A stretch of DNA of 45,978 nt from an uncultured Candidatus Saccharibacteria bacterium (lineage in GTDB: Bacteria; Patescibacteriota; Minisyncoccia; Phycocordibacterales; GWA1-40-21): the NCBI GenBank assembly GCA_964479775.1, contig CAYZNH010000001.1:30032-76009 (forward strand), read 5' to 3'. Below, in pieces: positions 16,578-23,885 of this stretch (position 1 is the first letter of the stretch; each line of letters begins with the position of its first letter). The notes beneath the pieces were generated by a model. It was not told the DNA's origin, made no database searches, and saw only the letters and a program-made list of their open reading frames with translations. The position numbers were made by a program, and so were the translations under genes.

Positions 16578-18977
16578 ATGAAAATATCTTACAATTGGTT
16601 AAATGCTTTTTTAAACAATAAAGCACCAGAGGCTCAAAAAGTAGCAGAGGCTCTTACGATGAATTCTATGGAAGTTGAAGGAGTAGAAAAACTTTCTAAT
16701 GATTTTTTGATGGAAGTAAAGACAACTCCAGACAAAAACCATTCTTGTTTATGTCACAGGGGTGTTGCAAAAGAAGCTGGGGCTATTCTTAATATAAAGA
16801 CAATAAAAAAATCTAGAGAGTATGCTGATTTTAAAATTTCTGAAACTGATAAAAAAATTGATGTAAAGATTGAAGATGAAAAACTTTGTAAAAGATATAT
16901 TGGTAGGGTTATAGAAGGTATAAAAGTTGGACCATCGCCACTTTGGCTAAAAGAGAGATTAGAATCGGTCGGACAGAGGTCTATAAATAACGTTGTTGAT
17001 GCAACAAATTTTGTAATGTTTGATATTGGCCAACCAATGCATGTTTTTGATGCGGATAAAATTGACGGACGGATTATTGTAAGGAAAGCCTTACAAGATG
17101 AACAAGTTGATTTATTAGGTCATGAAATAACTGCTAAGGGGGGAGAAACAATGATTCAGGACAGAAATATGACTCTTTCTGGTTCTGAGCTTGTTATAAC
17201 AGATAATAGCTCTGTTTTAGCTTTGGCGGGTATAAAGGGGGGTAAAAAAGCTGAATTAACAGATGAATCAGTAAATCTATTTTTGGAATCAGCAAATTTT
17301 GATCCAGTTTGTATTAGAAAGACAGCGAGCTTTTTTAAATTACAAACTGATGCCACAAAAAGATATGAGAATGAAATAAGTCCAGAAATTGCTTCTGAAG
17401 CCATGGATATTTTGACTAGAATAATAATTGAGACAGCAGGAACTCCTGATACGAAAATTGGTGAGATGGTGGATAATTATCCAAGAAGAGAAAATAAATT
17501 TAAACTTGGTATTTCAAGTGAAGAGGCTAGCTCTATAATTGGTGCTGACATAAAAGATTCTGACATAGAAGATATCTTTAATAGATTTGATTTTGAATGG
17601 AAAAAAGTTAAACCAATAGATGAAATTTTAAAAACAGCTGAGTCTTTTGTTGATGTACCTTATAAACTCGGTGCGAGTGTTTTAAGAGAAGCACCTAATT
17701 TTTTTGATTGTTCAGGTTTCATGTGTTTTTTATTTAATAATTATGGTGTATCTCTTCCTAGAATTTCAGTTGATCAATATGTTTGGGGAAAGAAAATTGA
17801 TAAAGAAGATTTAATCTCTGGCGATGTTATTTATTCAAATACAGGAGAAGGGAAGATACATACAAAAACAATAGAATTTTTGCCCGGTACAGATGTTTCT
17901 GAAGGAGTTGATCATTGTGGTTTGTATTTAGGAAATAATAAAATAATTCATGCAACCTCACTTTTTGGTAAGGTCATTATTGAAGATTTAGATAAGGCTG
18001 AAAGATTTAAAAATATAGTAGGGTTTAGAAGAATGTCTGATAATAAAGAAAGATTTGTTATTACTGTACCTGACGAAAGACTTGATCTTCGAATTAAAGA
18101 GGATTTAGCAGAAGATATAGGAAGAATATATGGTTATGATAAAGTAAAAGATTTAGAAATTCCAAAGAACATAGAAAAACCTAAAATTGATCAGGTTTTT
18201 GCCTATAAGCAGAGGATAAAAGAAATTCTTTATGAGGAGGGTTTTTCTGAAGTTATGAATTATACTTTTGTTGAGGATGGGGATTTTGAATTGGCAAATC
18301 CAACTTCACCAGAAAAAAGATTTTTAAGAACGAATCTTACTTTTGGTATGAAAAATTGTTTAGAATTTAATTCAAGATATTCTGAACTTATTGATATGCA
18401 ACAAATTAGAGTTTTTGAATTTGGCCATGTATTTTTAAAGTCTGGAGAGGAAAATCATTTTATAATTGGTATTAAAAATCCGCCAGGTTTTAAGACTATA
18501 AAAGAAAAAGAGTATTTAGATTCAATTTTAAAGAAACTCGAAGAAAAACTTGGACTTAAGCTTAATAAAATAAATAATGACGACAATATTGCTGAGTTTG
18601 ATCTAGATATTTTAGTAAAAGGATTACCAGAATTAACAGAATATAAACCAGAAATTTTCTCAGACGAATGGATTAAATTTAAACATATATCTCAATATCC
18701 TTTTATGACTCGTGATATAGCAGTTTTTACACCGGAAGGAACTAAACCTGAAGAAGTTTTTTCTATTATTTCTAGTGAGGCCGGAGAGCTTATGATAAAA
18801 AATAGACTTTTTGATGTATTTACAAAAAAGTTTCCTGATGGAGTATCAAAGACATCTTATGCATATCGTTTAATTTTTCAATCTTATGAAAAAACTCTTT
18901 CAGATGAAGAGGTGAATGTGATAATGCAAAAAATTACAGATAAGATGAATGCTAATGTTGGTTGGCAAGTAAGATAG
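16578..18977 (+). CDS. pheT: phenylalanine--tRNA ligase beta subunit with an inserted NlpC/P60-like domain
   Basis: MKISYNWL start, B3/4 region (QPMHVFDADKI), B5 halves (KFKLGISSEEASSIIG... and ...VITVPDERLDLRIKEDLAEDIGRIYGYDKV), and C-terminal FDVF...SYAYRLIFQS. Residues about 345-490 are an NlpC/P60 module. Confidence 0.9.
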   Translation: MKISYNWLNAFLNNKAPEAQKVAEALTMNSMEVEGVEKLSNDFLMEVKTTPDKNHSCLCHRGVAKEAGAILNIKTIKKSREYADFKISETDKKIDVKIEDEKLCKRYIGRVIEGIKVGPSPLWLKERLESVGQRSINNVVDATNFVMFDIGQPMHVFDADKIDGRIIVRKALQDEQVDLLGHEITAKGGETMIQDRNMTLSGSELVITDNSSVLALAGIKGGKKAELTDESVNLFLESANFDPVCIRKTASFFKLQTDATKRYENEISPEIASEAMDILTRIIIETAGTPDTKIGEMVDNYPRRENKFKLGISSEEASSIIGADIKDSDIEDIFNRFDFEWKKVKPIDEILKTAESFVDVPYKLGASVLREAPNFFDCSGFMCFLFNNYGVSLPRISVDQYVWGKKIDKEDLISGDVIYSNTGEGKIHTKTIEFLPGTDVSEGVDHCGLYLGNNKIIHATSLFGKVIIEDLDKAERFKNIVGFRRMSDNKERFVITVPDERLDLRIKEDLAEDIGRIYGYDKVKDLEIPKNIEKPKIDQVFAYKQRIKEILYEEGFSEVMNYTFVEDGDFELANPTSPEKRFLRTNLTFGMKNCLEFNSRYSELIDMQQIRVFEFGHVFLKSGEENHFIIGIKNPPGFKTIKEKEYLDSILKKLEEKLGLKLNKINNDDNIAEFDLDILVKGLPELTEYKPEIFSDEWIKFKHISQYPFMTRDIAVFTPEGTKPEEVFSIISSEAGELMIKNRLFDVFTKKFPDGVSKTSYAYRLIFQSYEKTLSDEEVNVIMQKITDKMNANVGWQVR

Positions 18978-19030
18978 AAAAGAATGTTGAATATTGAATA
19001 TCGAATTTAGAAAAATACAATATAACAAAT

Positions 19031-19597
19031 ATGAAAATTGATATACCTTTTCATTCTCAATATTCAGATTCTATAGAAAAAGATTGGCAGGATAGATCCT
19101 GTGCAGTTCTCTGTTTGCAAATGGTTTTAGATTTTTATGGGAAGAAAGTTGAACCAATGAATCTTATAAAAGAGGGTTTAGAAATATCTGAATTACTTAA
19201 AGAAAAAGGGAGAGAAAAAGATGGATATACTAGAGGATTTGGTTGGGGGCACGAGCTACTTGTTATTTTATTAAAAAATAACGGAGTATTAGCTTATCGA
19301 CAAGATTTTAAAAATTCAAAATTTGAAAAAGAATATTTTGAATTAGGTTTAGAAAAAATAAGACAAAACTTATTAAATAAAAAACCTGTAATCACTTCTA
19401 TTGCAAAAGATATAAACAATCCCAAAACCTCTGGGCACATGGTTGTTGTCTCTGGTTTTGAAGAAGATAGTGGGGAAGTTAAGGGTTTTTATATAAAAGA
19501 TCCAGAACAAAAAGATTCTTCAGAGAATTTGGATATTTTTATTAGTTTAAATGACTTTAAAGAAGTCTGGAAAAAACTTGTTATTTTTGTAAATTAA
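19031..19597 (+). CDS. peptidase C39-like (papain-fold) domain protein
   Basis: IPFHSQYSD...QDRSCAVLCLQMVLDFYGK (Cys motif) and SGHMVVVSGF (His motif) resemble C39-like cysteine peptidase domains. Confidence 0.5.
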   Translation: MKIDIPFHSQYSDSIEKDWQDRSCAVLCLQMVLDFYGKKVEPMNLIKEGLEISELLKEKGREKDGYTRGFGWGHELLVILLKNNGVLAYRQDFKNSKFEKEYFELGLEKIRQNLLNKKPVITSIAKDINNPKTSGHMVVVSGFEEDSGEVKGFYIKDPEQKDSSENLDIFISLNDFKEVWKKLVIFVN

Positions 19598-19627
19598 AAG
19601 GCACGCGTAGTCGCGTGCCGTTTTTTG
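19596..19627. terminator. bidirectional terminator between 19031-19597 and the minus-strand small ORF
   Basis: GGCACGCG (19600-19607), loop TAGT, CGCGTGCC (19612-19619). Flanked by AAAA upstream and TTTTTT downstream. Confidence 0.8.
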
Positions 19628-19634
19628 TTGGTTT

Positions 19635-19811
19635 TTAGGCTGCATTTTCAAAGAGCGAAGCCCAAACCTTTTTTGTGAGATCATTGAGAAGAGGGGCGTT
19701 ATAGACGCCGTGTTTAAGACCAAATTGAGCCAGTTTGTAGCAAGGAATAGTTTTTGTCCTATTCATTGCCAGATAATTTTGGATTTCAGATTCAACAGCC
19801 TCTTGATTCAT
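19635..19811 (-). CDS. 58-aa hypothetical protein, below the ORF-track cutoff, SD-led and GC-enriched
   Basis: Reverse complement reads AAGGAGGttaaaATG AAT CAA GAG ... GCA GCC TAA, giving MNQEAVESEIQNYLAMNRTKTIPCYKLAQFGLKHGVYNAPLLNDLTKKVWASLFENAA. Perfect SD at 19817-19823 and its own terminator. Confidence 0.45.
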   Translation of the reverse strand: MNQEAVESEIQNYLAMNRTKTIPCYKLAQFGLKHGVYNAPLLNDLTKKVWASLFENAA

Positions 19812-20041
19812 TTTAACCTCCTTGTTTAGAGAACATTTAATAACCTACTAAAAACGATAACACATTAATATAATATATGCAATAAAAAATGTATAAAAGC
19901 TCATTTTTTATCTAAAATTTAACTTTCTTTTGTTTTTTATTTTTGATATAATTATTATATAAAAAGTAATAAAATTATTAAAAATAAAGGTTATTTTACT
20001 AAATTAACTGTTTTAGAGACCTTTCTTTTTTAAACAAAAAA

Positions 20042-22108
20042 ATGGCTAAAGAAAAAGATAAAAAAGATATAAAAAACGAAGGTCATTATGATGCTAGTTC
20101 TATTCAAGTTCTTGAGGGATTAGAGCCTGTCAGAAAGCGTCCTGGTATGTATATTGGTACTACTGGTCCAGATGGATTACACCATCTTATTACAGAAATT
20201 TTTGATAATTCTCGTGACGAAGCGATGGGTGGTTTTTGTGATCATATCGAGGTTGTACTTTTACCCAATAACAGGATAAGAGTTACAGATAATGGTAGAG
20301 GTATTCCTGTTGATTTGCATAAACAGACAAAAGTTTCTGCCCTAGAAACCATTATGACCGTTCTTCATGCTGGAGGTAAATTTGGAGGAGAAGGAACTGG
20401 TTATAAAGTTTCCGGTGGTCTTCATGGTGTGGGTGCTTCTGTTGTAAATGCTCTCTCTACATATATGAGAGTTACTGTTCATAAAGATGAAGGAATTTTT
20501 TATCAAGAATATTCAAAAGGTAAAGTAAAAGCTCCAGTCAAAAAAATCGGTAAAACAGATAAACACGGAACTACTGTTGTATTTGAACCCGATCCAGAAA
20601 TCTTTAAAGAGGGAATTATTTTTGATTATAACAAAGTTGTTTCTCATATGAGACAACAAGCTTATCTTGTTAAAGGGTTGAGAATTACCACGATAGATGC
20701 AAGAGAATCTACAGAAAAATTTGACGAGAAAGAATGTTTCTATTTTACAGAATTAAATATTGAAGCTTTATCTAATTCATTTTATTTTGAAGGAGGTCTT
20801 TTGTCATTGGTTAGATTTTATAATCAATTTCAAAAACCAATACATAAAAATGTTTTCTATGTAGAAAAGAAAACAGAAACAGTAGAATCTGTAGAAGTAT
20901 CATTACAATATGTAGATGATATTTCTGCTAGGATAATGGCCTTTGCAAATAATATTTATAACCCAGAGGGTGGAACACATATAACTGGTTTTAAAACTGC
21001 ACTTACGAGAACTTTAAATAATTATGCTAGAAAAAACAATCTCATAAAAGATAGTGAAGATAACTTTACTGGTGATGATGTTCTTGAGGGATTAACAGCC
21101 GTTGTTTCTGTAAAGATAAGAGAGATTCAGTTTGAAGGTCAGACAAAAGCAAAACTTGGTTCTGTCGAAGCAAGAGGTGCTGTGGACGAGGTCTTTAGTG
21201 AAGCTTTTGCTATGTTTCTCGAAGAAAATCCAGATGATGCAAGATCTATGGTTTCAAAGGTTATACTTGCTCTTAAAGCCAGAAAGGCCGCTAAAGCCGC
21301 TAAGGATTCTATATTGAGAAAAGGAGCCCTTGAAGGTATGACTCTTCCCGGTAAACTTGCAGACTGTCAAAGCAAAGATGCTTCGGAATCAGAGTTGTTT
21401 ATTGTTGAGGGAGATTCTGCTGGTGGTACTGCAAAAATGGGAAGAGACAGAAAGACCCAAGCTATTCTTCCACTTAGAGGAAAAATCTTAAATATTGAAA
21501 GAGCTAGACTTGATAGAATGCTTGATTCTGAAATGATTAAGAATCTTGTTGTTGCTATAGGTACAGCTATAGGAGATACTTTTGATATTGAAAAATTAAG
21601 ATATCATAAAATAATTATAGCTACTGATGCTGATGTCGACGGTGCTCATATTAGAACCCTATTACTTACATTATTCTATAGATATTTTAGACCACTTATA
21701 GATGCTGGAAATATTTGTATTGCTCAACCACCTTTGTATAAAGTAAAGATTGGTAAAGAAATTCATTATTTTTATGCAGAAGAAGAAAAGGCGGATTTTT
21801 TTAAAAAATCTAAAATAAGTGATGAAGAGGTAGAGGAAACAGAACAACTAGAGGAAAGTATTGATAGTGAAAATGAAAATAAAAAATCACCAAAAGTTCA
21901 TGTTCAGAGATATAAAGGTTTGGGAGAAATGAATGCTGAAGAATTGTGGGAAACCACCATGGATCCAACAAGAAGGCTGATGAAGAGAGTTACTGTAGAT
22001 GATGCTCAAGATGCAGATAAAGTTTTTGATATGCTTATGGGTACTGATGTCCCTGCAAGAAAAGCTTTTATACAATCAAATGCTAAGTTGGCAAATATAG
22101 ATATTTAA
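20042..22108 (+). CDS. gyrB: DNA gyrase subunit B
   Basis: YDASSIQVLEGLEPVRKRPGMYIG, GGLHGVGASVVNALS, EGDSAGG, PLRGKILN and IATDADVDGAHI. Confidence 0.95.
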   Translation: MAKEKDKKDIKNEGHYDASSIQVLEGLEPVRKRPGMYIGTTGPDGLHHLITEIFDNSRDEAMGGFCDHIEVVLLPNNRIRVTDNGRGIPVDLHKQTKVSALETIMTVLHAGGKFGGEGTGYKVSGGLHGVGASVVNALSTYMRVTVHKDEGIFYQEYSKGKVKAPVKKIGKTDKHGTTVVFEPDPEIFKEGIIFDYNKVVSHMRQQAYLVKGLRITTIDARESTEKFDEKECFYFTELNIEALSNSFYFEGGLLSLVRFYNQFQKPIHKNVFYVEKKTETVESVEVSLQYVDDISARIMAFANNIYNPEGGTHITGFKTALTRTLNNYARKNNLIKDSEDNFTGDDVLEGLTAVVSVKIREIQFEGQTKAKLGSVEARGAVDEVFSEAFAMFLEENPDDARSMVSKVILALKARKAAKAAKDSILRKGALEGMTLPGKLADCQSKDASESELFIVEGDSAGGTAKMGRDRKTQAILPLRGKILNIERARLDRMLDSEMIKNLVVAIGTAIGDTFDIEKLRYHKIIIATDADVDGAHIRTLLLTLFYRYFRPLIDAGNICIAQPPLYKVKIGKEIHYFYAEEEKADFFKKSKISDEEVEETEQLEESIDSENENKKSPKVHVQRYKGLGEMNAEELWETTMDPTRRLMKRVTVDDAQDADKVFDMLMGTDVPARKAFIQSNAKLANIDI

Positions 22109-22118
22109 TTTATATTAA

Positions 22119-22166
22119 AAATAACAAAAAAACAGACACACATATGTGTCTGTTTTTTTGTTATTT
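22119..22166. terminator. bidirectional terminator between convergent gyrB and 22161-23084
   Basis: CAGACACA (22133-22140), loop CATA, TGTGTCTG (22145-22152). Extended by AAATAACAAAAAAA / TTTTTTTGTTATTT arms. Confidence 0.8.
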
Positions 22167-23084
22167 AACTTTTATACTTCCACAATCTTTAGAATATATT
22201 TGATTGTTATAATTTATTGTAACTTTTGCTGTTTTTGTTCCTTTTGTATCATATATTTTATTAACTCCATTGGCAGTAGATTGTATTGAAAGTAATCCAT
22301 CTGAACCTTGCCAAGAATATAGATATTGTCCATAACCACCGCTGACCGTTACATACCAAGTAACAATTTCTCCAACTTTTGGGGTATCATCTGATACATT
22401 ACAAGATATTTTAATAGTATTTGAATAATTATTTGTTGTGTTTTTTGTATTATTTATTTTAAAAGGTATATTTAAATAATTATTTGATTCTGATGATTCT
22501 ATTATGTTGTTTGTATAATCTATAACTATATATCCAGTAAGATTTCCAGTATCTACTGGATTTTCAAAACTTGTTGTATATTCTATTCTATCACCTGGTT
22601 TGAGTGAAATTTGATAATCAGAAATATATTCAGGTGTTGTTTTTGATGGTACAATTATCTTTAGTCTCCATTCTTTTGATATATTTGTGCCTATATTTTT
22701 TACTTGGAATTTTACTCCAATGATATTGTCTTTTCCTATTTCGTTTGAATAGTATAATATACCAGTCTTTTGATCTACGAAGCCGACACCGATTAAGTCT
22801 ATGGATAAATCTGGATTACCATAATATTTATTTATTTGAGATATATTTGGTGTTTTGTCTTCTTCTTTGTTGTCCTTATTATCATCTTTTTTTTCTGTAT
22901 TTTCTTCGTTTGATATAAAAAGGGAAGATAGAGTAGTTGCTATAAATGATGTCCCTTTTGACATCATTTGTGGTATTATTTTAAAAGGAATATATAATAT
23001 AATTATTACTATAATTATAATAAAAGCTGCAACTACAGCAGTTTGAAATGATTCTTTAATTTTTAACCAGATTTTTTTGATCAT
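22161..23084 (-). CDS. N-terminally anchored surface protein with CARDB-like and PKD-like domains
   Basis: TM helix near the N-terminus and an acidic/lysine linker. CARDB-like VKFQVKNIGTNISKEW...ESSESNN. C-terminal unit ISCNVSDDTPKVGEIVTWYVTVSGGYGQYLYSWQGSDG is homologous to the repeats in 23886-25808. Confidence 0.6.
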   Translation of the reverse strand: MIKKIWLKIKESFQTAVVAAFIIIIVIIILYIPFKIIPQMMSKGTSFIATTLSSLFISNEENTEKKDDNKDNKEEDKTPNISQINKYYGNPDLSIDLIGVGFVDQKTGILYYSNEIGKDNIIGVKFQVKNIGTNISKEWRLKIIVPSKTTPEYISDYQISLKPGDRIEYTTSFENPVDTGNLTGYIVIDYTNNIIESSESNNYLNIPFKINNTKNTTNNYSNTIKISCNVSDDTPKVGEIVTWYVTVSGGYGQYLYSWQGSDGLLSIQSTANGVNKIYDTKGTKTAKVTINYNNQIYSKDCGSIKVK

Positions 23085-23122
23085 TTTATGATTTTACACT
23101 TATATATTGTATTATACATCAA

Positions 23123-23770
23123 TTGGTTTTTAATGTCAAGCTAAATATAAATAATAAAATGGGTAATTTTCTAAAATTAATTAATAAAAACAAAATGGCT
23201 TTTTTATTAAACTTTTTTATTGTGTGTAGTATTACTTTTTCTTTTTTATATATGTTTGGTCTTGTTCCGGAAGAATTTAAAATGACTGTTGGTAGATATA
23301 TGTCTGGACAATATCAGAAAAATGGAGAAGGTGAGTTACCCGTTAAAATAGTTATAAAAAATGTTGGAATAAATTCTATTGTCTATAATCCCAATACAGA
23401 TGATATAAAAATATTAGATGATTTCTTATTGAAAGGAGTTGTTCGTTATCCTGGCTCGGGTTTTTTGGGTGAAGATGGTAATGTTTTTTTGTTTGCACAC
23501 AGTACTGGTATTAAAATTGTTAACAATCAGGCTTTTAAAGCTTTTAATGGACTTAAGGATCTTAAAAAAGATGATTTAATATCAGTTTTTTCTGAAAATA
23601 AAGAATATGTTTATCGGGTTATTGGGGTAAAGCTAGTAGGAGCAGATAAGGAGCTCGTTGATTTTAATACTTATGGTAAAAAGCTTACTCTTTCTACTTG
23701 TAATACTTTTGGTGCAAAGATAGAGAGATATGTGGTTGAAGCAGAATTAGATAAAATTATTTCTATTTAA
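23123..23770 (+). CDS. sortase family transpeptidase
   Basis: N-terminal TM, FLFAHS (His), LTLSTC (TLxTC Cys) and ERYVV (Arg). The ORF track starts at TTG 23123. ATG 23159 (MGNFLK) is an alternative start. Confidence 0.75.
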   Translation: MVFNVKLNINNKMGNFLKLINKNKMAFLLNFFIVCSITFSFLYMFGLVPEEFKMTVGRYMSGQYQKNGEGELPVKIVIKNVGINSIVYNPNTDDIKILDDFLLKGVVRYPGSGFLGEDGNVFLFAHSTGIKIVNNQAFKAFNGLKDLKKDDLISVFSENKEYVYRVIGVKLVGADKELVDFNTYGKKLTLSTCNTFGAKIERYVVEAELDKIISI

Positions 23771-23828
23771 GAATACGGCTAATAATAAGGGTTTTGTAGT
23801 CTTTACTATAGTGAAGTAGTATTTACTA

Positions 23829-23857
23829 TTGACTTTTTATTTATTATAGTATATAAT
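23829..23857 (+). promoter_or_regulatory. consensus promoter of the PKD-repeat protein gene
   Basis: TTGACT 23829-23834, 17-nt spacer, TATAAT 23852-23857. Confidence 0.6.
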
Positions 23858-23885
23858 ACTAATAATAATCATATTAAACATTATT

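Noticed and set aside
19812-20041. Possible oriC / DnaA-box cluster upstream of gyrB
   Set aside because: I found no TTATCCACA-like boxes and no dnaA or dnaN neighbours. The region is simply AT-rich and carries a TGaTATAAT promoter at 19944-19952.
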